A DNA stretch of 64,000 nt from Lysobacterales bacterium (lineage in GTDB: Bacteria; Pseudomonadota; Gammaproteobacteria; Xanthomonadales; Xanthomonadaceae). Location: positions 108 to 64,107 of the forward strand of contig JBBQQH010000002.1 in assembly GCA_038216155.1 (NCBI GenBank), in the 5' to 3' direction. The notes below the pieces were generated by a model. The model did no database searches and was not told the origin of the DNA. It saw only the letters and a list, made by a program, of their open reading frames with translations. Below, piece by piece: positions 19,781 to 28,558 of this stretch (position 1 is its first letter; the number at the start of each line of letters is the position of its first letter). The translations under genes were made by a program, and so were the position numbers.

Positions 19781-19796
19781 GCACAAAGCGTGCCAG
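19781..19796 (-). promoter_or_regulatory. sigma54 (-24/-12)-like promoter element
   Basis: The minus strand reads CTGGCACGCTTTGTGC, i.e. TGGCAC-N5-GTGC with the correct GG-N10-GC spacing (consensus TGGCAC-N5-TTGC). It lies about 100 nt upstream of the terminator at 19654-19695. Confidence 0.3.
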
Positions 19797-19937
19797 CGTC
19801 AGTGAAGCATGGCTGGAGCGGACGAAGCATTGAGGATTGCTTGTGAGTGCAGTGCGATTGCATCAGCTATGCGCACGGCCCAACCGCAACAATCCGTAGA
19901 ATGCATGCGCGCCCGCCAGCGCAGCACACGCTAGTCC

Positions 19938-20032
19938 AGTCGGTGACGTGGCCGCATCTACAACTTCTCCAATCGTTTAAATAGAGAACGCACGTGGATC
20001 TGTACGACGTCATCATTGTTGCAGGCGGGCGA
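19938..20032 (+). repeat. degenerate duplicate of the mnmG 5' end plus its upstream leader
   Basis: 19938-20032 aligns with 20131-20226. Both start agtcggtgacgtggcc..gcatc. Both contain a GTG followed by (D/N)(L/Q)YDVI(I/V)V(A/G)GG codons. The upstream copy then diverges and stops at 20167. Confidence 0.7.
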
Positions 20033-20190
20033 AATGATGCGTTTGCGATCCGCAGGGGTCGCGCATCGTTGAGCGCACGAGGCAGGAGCCGAGCGCTGGC
20101 CGACTTGGCGAGCGCACGACGCGCGAGCTTAGTCGGTGACGTGGCCTCCGCATCAACGACACCGTAGATAAACCAGACCGAGCGACGATA

Positions 20191-22074
20191 GTGAATCAGT
20201 ACGACGTAATTGTTGTAGGCGGAGGCCACGCCGGCACTGAGGCCGCGCTAGCGTCTGCGCGGGCGGGTGCGCGCACGCTGCTGCTGACGCATGCGATCGA
20301 GACGATTGGCGCGATGAGCTGCAATCCGGCAATCGGCGGCATCGGCAAGGGCCATCTGGTGCGCGAGATCGATGCGCTCGGCGGTGCGATGGCGCAGGCC
20401 GCCGATCACGCCGGCATCCAGTGGCGTACCTTGAATGCGAGCAAAGGTCCGGCGGTGCGCGCAACGCGTTGCCAAGCCGATCGCTCGCTGTATCGCGCGG
20501 CGATCCGACGCATCGTCGAAAACCAGCCCAACCTGCAACTGTTCCAGCAAGCAGTCGACGAGTTGTTGATCGAATCGGTCGACGGTCGCGATCGCATCAG
20601 TGGCGTGCGCACGCAGATGGGATTGACGCTGCACGCACGCTGCGTGGTGCTGACTGCCGGCACCTTTCTCGCCGGCAAGATCCACATTGGCGCGGCGAAC
20701 TATGCCGGCGGCCGCGCCGGCGATGCGCCGGCGGCCACGCTCGCGCAGTCGCTGCGTGATGGACGCTTCGTCATTGATCGCCTGAAAACCGGCACGCCGC
20801 CGCGCATCGATGGCCGCAGCATCGATTACTCGCAACTGGAGGAACAACCGGGCGACGATCCTGCGCCGGTGTTTTCATTCACCGGTTCGCGCGCGCAGCA
20901 CCCGCGCCAAGTGTCGTGCTGGATCACGCATACGTCCGAACGCACGCACGCGATCATCCGCGGTGCGCTCGATCGCTCGCCGCTATTCACCGGTGCGATC
21001 GAAGGCGTCGGCCCGCGCTATTGCCCGTCGATCGAGGACAAGGTGGTGCGCTTCGCCGACAAGGCTTCGCACCAGATCTTCGTCGAGCCCGAAGGCCTGG
21101 ACACGCACGAAATCTATCCGAACGGCATCTCGACCTCGCTGCCGTTCGACGCGCAGATCGACTTGGTGCACAGCATCCGCGGCTTCAAAAGCGCACACAT
21201 CACGCGCCCCGGCTACGCCATCGAATACGACTATTTCGACCCGCGCGGATTGAAGGCTTCGCTGGAAACCAAGGCGGTCGCTGGATTGTTTTTCGCCGGC
21301 CAGATCAATGGCACTACGGGTTACGAGGAAGCTGCCGCTCAGGGTTTGCTGGCCGGCCTCAACGCTGCGCTGCAAATGCAGCAGCGAGAGCCGTGGACGC
21401 CGCGCCGCGATCAGGCCTACATCGGCGTGCTGGTCGACGACCTGATCACCCACGGCACCACCGAGCCGTACCGGATGTTCACCTCGCGCGCCGAATACCG
21501 GCTGCAGTTGCGCGAGGACAATGCCGATCTGCGGCTGACCGCAATCGGGCGCGAGTTGCGGTTAGTCGATGACGCGCGCTGGGATGCGTTCGCCCGCAAG
21601 CGCGACGCAATCGAAGCCGAAACCGCGCGACTGTCGGCAATGCGCGCCGCGCCGGGCAACAAGCTCGCCAATGAAATTGAGACAACTCTCGGCATCGGGC
21701 TGTCGCGCGAAAACACGGCGCTCGAATTGCTCAAGCGTCCCGAGTTCGACTACGCCAAGTTGATGCAGCTTCCGTCATTGGCGCCGGGCGTGAGCGATCC
21801 GGCGGTGGCGCAGCAGGTCGAGATTGCGATGAAATATTCCGGTTATCTCGATCGCCAGCAGGAGGAGATCGATCGCCAGCAGCGCAATGAAACCAGCGCG
21901 ATTCCAGGCGATTTCGATTATGCGAATGTGCGCGGGCTATCAAACGAAGTGCGCAGCAAGCTGACAGGCGTGCAACCGCAGACGATCGGGCAGGCCCAGC
22001 GCATCCCCGGGATCACGCCGGCAGCCATTTCTCTATTGCTGGTGCATCTGGCGCGGCATCGACGGCGGGCGTAG
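20191..22074 (+). CDS. mnmG: tRNA uridine-5-carboxymethylaminomethyl modification enzyme MnmG (GidA)
   Basis: It has a GTG start and the FAD-binding N-terminus [16 protein letters not shown]. Conserved MnmG blocks run throughout, and the protein is 627 aa. Confidence 0.95.
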   Translation: MNQYDVIVVGGGHAGTEAALASARAGARTLLLTHAIETIGAMSCNPAIGGIGKGHLVREIDALGGAMAQAADHAGIQWRTLNASKGPAVRATRCQADRSLYRAAIRRIVENQPNLQLFQQAVDELLIESVDGRDRISGVRTQMGLTLHARCVVLTAGTFLAGKIHIGAANYAGGRAGDAPAATLAQSLRDGRFVIDRLKTGTPPRIDGRSIDYSQLEEQPGDDPAPVFSFTGSRAQHPRQVSCWITHTSERTHAIIRGALDRSPLFTGAIEGVGPRYCPSIEDKVVRFADKASHQIFVEPEGLDTHEIYPNGISTSLPFDAQIDLVHSIRGFKSAHITRPGYAIEYDYFDPRGLKASLETKAVAGLFFAGQINGTTGYEEAAAQGLLAGLNAALQMQQREPWTPRRDQAYIGVLVDDLITHGTTEPYRMFTSRAEYRLQLREDNADLRLTAIGRELRLVDDARWDAFARKRDAIEAETARLSAMRAAPGNKLANEIETTLGIGLSRENTALELLKRPEFDYAKLMQLPSLAPGVSDPAVAQQVEIAMKYSGYLDRQQEEIDRQQRNETSAIPGDFDYANVRGLSNEVRSKLTGVQPQTIGQAQRIPGITPAAISLLLVHLARHRRRA

Positions 22075-22285
22075 GCGCCTCCGTTTGCCCAGTGGAAGAG
22101 GGGCTAGATCTTCCATCCGCCGAGGTATGGCGTTCGCTGTGGTTTAATGTATTCTTTACATCCGGCGGAGAACCCCGCCAGCGCTGGCGGTGCGTGGATT
22201 GAGGGCGGTCGGAGTGGTTCCGAGCGACCCTGTCGCGATCAACGCTCCTCGTGCGCCCCGCCCAACTTTCCTCAGGAGTCTGGTC

Positions 22286-24103
22286 ATGCCCCGTATTTCT
22301 TATCTGGCTGGTGCCCTTGCCTTGGCCATCGTCGCAAACGCCGCTCAGGCGCAAGAATTCAGCAATGTCGTCGTGTTTGGCGACAGCCTCAGTGACGCCG
22401 GTCAGTACGTGGGCATCATCCCGGGTGCGCAGGGCAGCTTCACCACCAATCCCGACCCGGTTGCCGCCGAACTGATCGCTTCCTACTTCGGTTTCACCCT
22501 GAAGGCATCCCGCTTTGGCGGCACCGACTTCGCTTGGGGCGGCGCGCCGACCGCAGCGCCGTTCGTGTGTGTTCCGACCACGTTGCCATGCCGAAATGTG
22601 TCGCAGCAGCTTGGCGACTATTTCGCGACCAGCGGTGGCCACGCCGATCCGAATGCGCTGTATTCGATGTGGGTCGGTGCCAACAATATCTTCAATGCCT
22701 TGGCCAATCCGGCCACCGCGCGCGCCACCACGGTCGCTTCGGCGCAGCAGGAACTCGGCCTGATCAACACGCTGCAAACAGCTGGCGCACAGAACATCAT
22801 CATCTATAACCTGCCCGACATCGGCAAGTCGCCGGACTTCCGCACGTCGCCGTTCTCCGGGTCAATCAGCGGTCTGGTCCTGACCTACAACGGCACGCTC
22901 AACGAAGGCTTGTCTGGCAAGACCGGGATTATTTCCGTCGACACGTACGGCCTGTTCAATGAGATCGCCGCGAACCCGACGCTCTACGGCTTCACCAACG
23001 CGACCGACCGCGCCTGCGGTGCAACACCGTCATTGTTCTGCTCGCGCGCCAGTCTGGTCTCGCCAAACGCCAATGAGACCTATGTGTTCGCCGACGGCGT
23101 GCATCCAACCGGCGCAGCTCACGCGGTACTGGCGCAGTATGTGATTGCAGAAATCCAGGCGCCGCAATACGCCTCGATGCTGGCCGAAGCGCCGCTGGCC
23201 CTGTTTGACACGCACACGCGCTCGTTGAGCAATCAATTTCTGGGGGATATGTCGCGCGAACGTGGCGATGACAACCTGCGCACGTTTGCCAGCTTTGACT
23301 ACGGCAACCAGCGCTACGATGCGGCGGTCACCTCGCCGGAAACCCGCAGCCACAACTCGACCCTGACCACTGGCGTCGATTACCGCTTCAACACCAACGT
23401 CACGGTCGGTTTGGCAACCAGCATCGGCTTCCAGAAGGCCGACTTCGCCGGAGGCGGTGGCTATCGCAACATCGAGCCGCTGTTCAGCGCGTACGGCGTG
23501 TGGCACACCGGCGGCGCTTACGTCTCGGTGCTCGGTGCTGCAGGCCAGTTGAACTTCAACGACGTCACACGTTCGTTCCGATTGGGTGCGGCGACCCGCA
23601 CCGAGAGCGGCGATGCCGGCGGCTCGCATGTTGGCTTCCAGGTTGGCGGCGGCTACTTCTTCGATTGGGGCAACATCAAGACCGGTCCGTACGGCAGCTA
23701 CGCCTGGCAGAAAATCAAGGTCAACAGCTACTTCGAGAACAACGGTGACAGCAGCTCGATGTTCTTCGGCCGCCAGGAGCGCAAGTCCGGCATCGCAACG
23801 CTCGGCTGGCAGCTGATGGGCGACATGCAGATGGGCGAAAGCACCTTGCATCCGTTCGGTCGCGTCGCCTACCAGCATGAATCCAAGACCTCGCCCGATA
23901 AAGTCCAGGCCGGCTTGATCAACTTGAACGGTAGCTTCAGCCTGCCAGGCTTCCAGCCCGACAATAGCTGGTGGACCGCCGACCTTGGCGTGTCGGCGGA
24001 CATCGGCGACAACCTGACTGGCTACGCCGCGTACAGCGGTCGCTTCAGCGACAGCAACCAGCGCATCGACAGCCTGAACCTCGGCGTCTCGTTAAAGTTC
24101 TGA
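22286..24103 (+). CDS. GDSL/SGNH esterase autotransporter (EstA-like)
   Basis: The ATG at 22286 gives the signal peptide MPRISYLAGALALAIVANAAQA, followed by the GDSL block VVFGDSLSDAG. The C-terminal beta-barrel ends ...LNLGVSLKF (aromatic terminus). Confidence 0.88.
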   Translation: MPRISYLAGALALAIVANAAQAQEFSNVVVFGDSLSDAGQYVGIIPGAQGSFTTNPDPVAAELIASYFGFTLKASRFGGTDFAWGGAPTAAPFVCVPTTLPCRNVSQQLGDYFATSGGHADPNALYSMWVGANNIFNALANPATARATTVASAQQELGLINTLQTAGAQNIIIYNLPDIGKSPDFRTSPFSGSISGLVLTYNGTLNEGLSGKTGIISVDTYGLFNEIAANPTLYGFTNATDRACGATPSLFCSRASLVSPNANETYVFADGVHPTGAAHAVLAQYVIAEIQAPQYASMLAEAPLALFDTHTRSLSNQFLGDMSRERGDDNLRTFASFDYGNQRYDAAVTSPETRSHNSTLTTGVDYRFNTNVTVGLATSIGFQKADFAGGGGYRNIEPLFSAYGVWHTGGAYVSVLGAAGQLNFNDVTRSFRLGAATRTESGDAGGSHVGFQVGGGYFFDWGNIKTGPYGSYAWQKIKVNSYFENNGDSSSMFFGRQERKSGIATLGWQLMGDMQMGESTLHPFGRVAYQHESKTSPDKVQAGLINLNGSFSLPGFQPDNSWWTADLGVSADIGDNLTGYAAYSGRFSDSNQRIDSLNLGVSLKF

Positions 24104-24132
24104 TCTGTCACACAAGCTGCAAGGTTTGAAGA

Positions 24133-24162
24133 AAACGCCCGCTCAACAGCGGGCGTTTTTTA
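24133..24162 (+). terminator. Rho-independent terminator (possibly bidirectional)
   Basis: The sequence is aaaacgcccgct-caac-agcgggcgtttttt. An 8-bp GC-rich stem is extended by A:U pairs, with a T6 run downstream and an A-run upstream. It lies 30 nt after the estA-like stop. Confidence 0.8.
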
Positions 24163-24277
24163 TTGCTGTCCATAGACCGCGACTGATGTTGTGTATCGAC
24201 AAACTCACCACCAACGGGTTGATAGGACTCGCGTATGATCTCGCGTTGCCGGCACTCAGAAATCGCTTGGGGATACG

Positions 24278-24712
24278 ATGAAAGTACAAACGATAATGAT
24301 TGCAATCGTTGCTCTGGTAGCAGCAACCACGGTGGCTGCCAACGCAATTGAACCCGTGATCCCCGAAAGCATTAGCCAGCTCGTTCTCTGGCCACTGGCA
24401 GCAGGCCTGTTTGCGTGTCTGATGCTCGTTCTCGCAGAAGTGGTATTGCCACGCTTATCACCGCGCTGGGGTAACCCAGCCGAGGACTTTCTGTCGACTA
24501 TCCGCATTAAGAGGCAAGTGGCTTTGTTCTTGCTCGGGTTCCTGGTGTTTAAGTTGAGTTGCGATTACTGGGAATCCGGTTTCCGATTTCGTCTTTCCGA
24601 TGTTGCAGATGGCCTGAGGGTGGTTGCGGTGTTTGCAGGCATGTTTTCTGCACGTCTCGTGGTCAACAAATTTGGCCTGTCCCCGGAACCTAGGCCCGAG
24701 CGGCACTGGTAA
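24278..24712 (+). CDS. hypothetical small membrane protein
   Basis: 144-aa ORF with an ATG preceded by GGGGA. It has 3-4 hydrophobic helices and no recognisable motif. It sits in a visibly AT-richer spacer between the estA-like gene and tamB. Confidence 0.5.
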   Translation: MKVQTIMIAIVALVAATTVAANAIEPVIPESISQLVLWPLAAGLFACLMLVLAEVVLPRLSPRWGNPAEDFLSTIRIKRQVALFLLGFLVFKLSCDYWESGFRFRLSDVADGLRVVAVFAGMFSARLVVNKFGLSPEPRPERHW

Positions 24713-24718
24713 CGGCCG

Positions 24719-27700
24719 CTACTTTTCCACTCGCCAATTGAGCGAGGCGCGGCTTTCGCGGCCGGACTCGATCTGGATGTCGAAGCCGTGTTTGAGCAGA
24801 TACTTCAGCGTGACCACTTCGCCGCTGCCGACCAATGACACGCCGTAACTGATGAACAGCCGCGGCGAGAGGTATTTGCCAACGGTAAATGCGGCGCTGC
24901 CCAGCGCGCGTGACTGGGTCACACCGGCTTCGTCCAGGCCCAGGCGCGCACCGATCTTCTGACCGATCAAATTGCCGCCGACCGACAATGCGGCGGCGGC
25001 GGCGCCGATCTGCCGCGACTCGTCGCCGCTGGCGGTATTTAACGGCCGTCCTAGTACGAGGTAGGACAGTGCGTTGGAACTGTCCATCGCCGGCGTTGAG
25101 GTAATGTCGGTGCGCGGCGCCTGCGCATTACCGCGCACCCGCACGCCAACGGTGACGCCATCATCGAACGTGCGATCGGCCAGCACGTCGAGTGACGGAT
25201 TGTCGATGCGGCTGTTGACGTAGCTCAACCGCCCGCGCTCGATGTTCAGATTCTGCCCGTACGCGGCATAGCGACCGCTGACATTGAGCGTGCCGGTCGC
25301 GCGCATTTCTCTGCCCTGCGGTTGCACCACGCGCAACTCGCCGCCGAGTTTGCCGTCAAGGCCAAACCCCTTGAGCGCGACGTTGTCACCCAGTGCCAGC
25401 ACCAGGTCGGTGTCAATCGCCAGCACGCCGCCATGCGCCGGATCGACCGGATCGAGCACGACCACATCCGGCGATGGCGAGACGGTGGTGTCTAGGCGTT
25501 CCAGATCGATGCTGGCGGTCGGCACCGCGACCTTGCCGCGCAGTTGCAACGTGTGGTTTAGGTATTGCAGTTGCAGGTCTGGATTTGCGACCGCCGAAAG
25601 CTCCGGCGTGTTGGCAATGCGCACGTTGGTGCCGGTGAGATTGACCAGCAGCGGCGCGGTGGCATCGTTCCAGCGCAGGCGCCCGTCGATGTTGAGCGTG
25701 CCCTCGCCCGATTGCGCCGAGCCGGTGATACGGGTATCGCCGTTGACGGCAGCAGCGAGTTGCACGATGCCGGAAGTGAGCTTGATCCCGAGCGCCGGCA
25801 GCTCGGCGGAAAAATCGCGCAGCGTGGCCTGACCCGAGAGCTGCGGATGACCGCGCGTTCCGCCCAGCACGAATTGACCGGTCAGCTCGCCCTTGGGCGC
25901 AGCGAGATCGACCGAGAACAATTCGAGCCAGGTAACGTCATGCAGGTCGAGAGCGAGCGTGCCACTCAGCGGCGCTGCGTTGGCCAGGCCAGTATCGATT
26001 TGAGCGGCAATGGTGCCGCCGACCGACAAATCCGAACGCAGTTGCAGCTTCACGCGCTGACCATCGAGTGCGAGTTGCGCGATCAGGTTGCTATAGCCAA
26101 GCAGATCGCGCTGGCGATCGGCGCCGAGGCGAATCCCGCCCTGTGCAGACTTGAGCGTTGCGTTGCCGGTCCAGCCATTGCCGGCAGCGGCGAAGTGCGC
26201 GTCGAGATCGAGCGAGCCGTGCGCACGCGGCGCGATGTCGGCTTGTTGCAGCCATGGATTTGCCAGCGCCAGCGGCAGGCCGCGACCGCTGATGTTGGCG
26301 CTGCGCGGCCAGTCGGCATCCACACACAGCGCGCCGCCGCCAACCGCATCCAGACACGCGCGATCAAGCTTCAGCGCATTTGCCGCGTAGGCGAAATTCG
26401 CTGGCGTGGTGAGGTTCCACGCAACCCCGCGCGGCGGCGTGTAATGCAGACTGGCGACGCGACCGCGCCAGCCGCTGCCTTGCTGCTGCGCCTGGCCGGC
26501 AATCGCGATGGTGCCGACGCTGCCGGTCGCGTTGGCATCCAGCCGCAGCGCATCGAGTGAACCATTGATCTGCGCATGCACGCGTTCGATGCCGGCCACG
26601 CCCTGCAAGCCCTGCGCGTCGAGTTGCAGCACGCCTTGTCCGCCGTGTGCGGGCAAGCGCCCATCCAGATGCAGGGTCTTGGCCTGATAGCCGGCCCAGC
26701 GCAACGCCTGACCATCGATGGTGCCGGAGATGGCGGGCATGCTGGGGTCGCCCTGCAGTGTGAGAGACCCAGTCATCGATCCAGAGGCGTTCGGCAGCAG
26801 ATCGTCGAGATGTAACGGCGCAAAACGCACCGCCAGATCGAGGGTGCGCCCGAACGCGCCGCTGGCCAGCACGTGGCTGTCACCGACGTGCAAATCGATG
26901 TCGGTCTGGCCGCTACCGGCGCTGTCTGCAGCAGCGCGCTGCCAGTCAAGCGCCACTCGTCCCGACAATTTGCGCCCACGCAACTCGCCACCGAGTTGGT
27001 CGACTTTGACGCTGGCACTGACCGCGCCGTCGTCGGTCCGTTCGCCGTGCGTGATCAGCTTCCCGGTGACTGCACCGTTGAAATCCGGGGAGAAATAGCC
27101 CGGGTCGAAACGATCGAGGGTCGCGTCGAATTGCCATACCAGGTGTGGCGACCACTGCACCAAACCGACCGCGTCCAGCGCTCCGGCCGGCGTGCGCGCG
27201 TTCAGCGATTCAAGCTGCAACTGCTCGCGATTGCCGTGTCCGCGCAGCGTCAGCTTCGCGATCTCTTGCGCACGTACAAGCTGCAAAGCCCCTTGCACGG
27301 TCCATGCGTTCAGCGTACCGGCAAGCTTGAGATCGCCTTCGGCCTGCACCGACTGAATCGTTGCAGCGCCAGCTTGCGGCGAAGCGGCCCAGCGCAAGCC
27401 GTGCAGTTGCGCGCGCACATCAACTAATGGCGATGTCGGGCGCAGATCGAGTTGACCATCAAGCTGCACGCGGCCATCGAGCACATCCAGCAGCAGCGGT
27501 TGCGCGCGGAAAACGCCTTGCGTATAAGCCAGTTGCGATGGCGCGATCACGACTACCGTGTTTGCCTGCGCGATACGACCGGTGACGCGCGCGACACCGC
27601 CGGTGCCGGTTGCATTGAGCCGGATCGACAACGGAACCGCGCCGGTCGCGCTGGCCGGATCGATCAGCAATGCCGGCGTGATGCGCGGCGCGATCGTCGC

Positions 27701-28558
27701 CAGCGACCATTGCGGCACACTTCGACCCTTGCTCAAATCCATTCGCAGCGCATATGCATCCGGCGCGCGCCCGCGAACGCTGGCGATAAAGCGATCCATA
27801 TCGCCACCGGCCAGCACGTGCAGTGTCGCTGGCGTGGAGCCGTCGGATGGCGCCGGCGCGGTGAGGTCGGCAAGCAGGCGCAGATGATAGTTGCTGGCAA
27901 CATCGACGCGCGCATCGAGCGTGCCGTGGCCGCGATCACTGGTGACTTGCATGCTGCGCAGTGCGAGCACCCCCGGCGCAAGATCCAGACCGCCATCAAG
28001 GGTGACGATGTTGATGATGGGTGCCTGAGCTTGGCTCACGCGCAATCCACGCACGTGCATGCTGTCGGCGCCAAGGTCAAACGGCACTTCAAATTTTGGC
28101 AAAACATCCGGCCAGGTTGGCGGTGGCTTGGGCTTGGTGTCCTTCGGCAAATCGAGGCTGGCGGTTTCGACATCCAGTCGCGACAGTCGCAATTTTTTGC
28201 GAAGCAGCGGTTGCAGCGTGGCAACCAGGGTGATGCGTTGCGCGCGAAAGTCGAGGCCGTCGTGTTGGTAATGCACGCCATACAACGTGAGCGGGCCGCT
28301 GATCACGCCATCGGCGCGCTGCCAAGTCAGCGAATCCGCCGGCAGCGTGGCAACGATCCGCGCAAGAATTGTATTGCGACCGCTGACCGTCACCAGCAGC
28401 CAGAACAGCAGCGCCGCAATGACGACCACCAGCAACACGCCGCCAATGCCGACATGCCGCAGCCAACGGCGGCGCGGGAATTGGGGCGGCGATTTTTTTG
28501 GCGCGGCGGACTTGGCCGAGCCAGAACCAACCTGCGCATTCTCCGGCGTGCTGCTCAC
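24719..28558 (-). CDS. tamB: translocation and assembly module inner-membrane subunit TamB
   Basis: 1279-aa protein with an N-terminal TM anchor, a long beta-rich repeat body, and a DUF490-type C-terminus (...GKYLSPRLFISYGVSL...). Its GTG start overlaps the tamA stop (GTGA). Confidence 0.88.
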   Translation of the reverse strand: MSSTPENAQVGSGSAKSAAPKKSPPQFPRRRWLRHVGIGGVLLVVVIAALLFWLLVTVSGRNTILARIVATLPADSLTWQRADGVISGPLTLYGVHYQHDGLDFRAQRITLVATLQPLLRKKLRLSRLDVETASLDLPKDTKPKPPPTWPDVLPKFEVPFDLGADSMHVRGLRVSQAQAPIINIVTLDGGLDLAPGVLALRSMQVTSDRGHGTLDARVDVASNYHLRLLADLTAPAPSDGSTPATLHVLAGGDMDRFIASVRGRAPDAYALRMDLSKGRSVPQWSLATIAPRITPALLIDPASATGAVPLSIRLNATGTGGVARVTGRIAQANTVVVIAPSQLAYTQGVFRAQPLLLDVLDGRVQLDGQLDLRPTSPLVDVRAQLHGLRWAASPQAGAATIQSVQAEGDLKLAGTLNAWTVQGALQLVRAQEIAKLTLRGHGNREQLQLESLNARTPAGALDAVGLVQWSPHLVWQFDATLDRFDPGYFSPDFNGAVTGKLITHGERTDDGAVSASVKVDQLGGELRGRKLSGRVALDWQRAAADSAGSGQTDIDLHVGDSHVLASGAFGRTLDLAVRFAPLHLDDLLPNASGSMTGSLTLQGDPSMPAISGTIDGQALRWAGYQAKTLHLDGRLPAHGGQGVLQLDAQGLQGVAGIERVHAQINGSLDALRLDANATGSVGTIAIAGQAQQQGSGWRGRVASLHYTPPRGVAWNLTTPANFAYAANALKLDRACLDAVGGGALCVDADWPRSANISGRGLPLALANPWLQQADIAPRAHGSLDLDAHFAAAGNGWTGNATLKSAQGGIRLGADRQRDLLGYSNLIAQLALDGQRVKLQLRSDLSVGGTIAAQIDTGLANAAPLSGTLALDLHDVTWLELFSVDLAAPKGELTGQFVLGGTRGHPQLSGQATLRDFSAELPALGIKLTSGIVQLAAAVNGDTRITGSAQSGEGTLNIDGRLRWNDATAPLLVNLTGTNVRIANTPELSAVANPDLQLQYLNHTLQLRGKVAVPTASIDLERLDTTVSPSPDVVVLDPVDPAHGGVLAIDTDLVLALGDNVALKGFGLDGKLGGELRVVQPQGREMRATGTLNVSGRYAAYGQNLNIERGRLSYVNSRIDNPSLDVLADRTFDDGVTVGVRVRGNAQAPRTDITSTPAMDSSNALSYLVLGRPLNTASGDESRQIGAAAAALSVGGNLIGQKIGARLGLDEAGVTQSRALGSAAFTVGKYLSPRLFISYGVSLVGSGEVVTLKYLLKHGFDIQIESGRESRASLNWRVEK

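Noticed and set aside
19585-19863. 92-aa Cys-rich minus-strand ORF, and a 24-aa hydrophobic peptide frame in the same spacer
   Set aside because: The long frame reads straight through the terminator hairpin and has no RBS. The short frame would start upstream of the predicted transcription start. A non-coding RNA is the better explanation, though it remains unproven.
19330-20190. Possible oriC, because mnmG (gidA) flanks oriC in enterobacteria
   Set aside because: I found no cluster of DnaA boxes (TTATCCACA/TGTGGATAA) and no AT-rich 13-mer array. GC stays moderate. In xanthomonads oriC is expected near dnaA.
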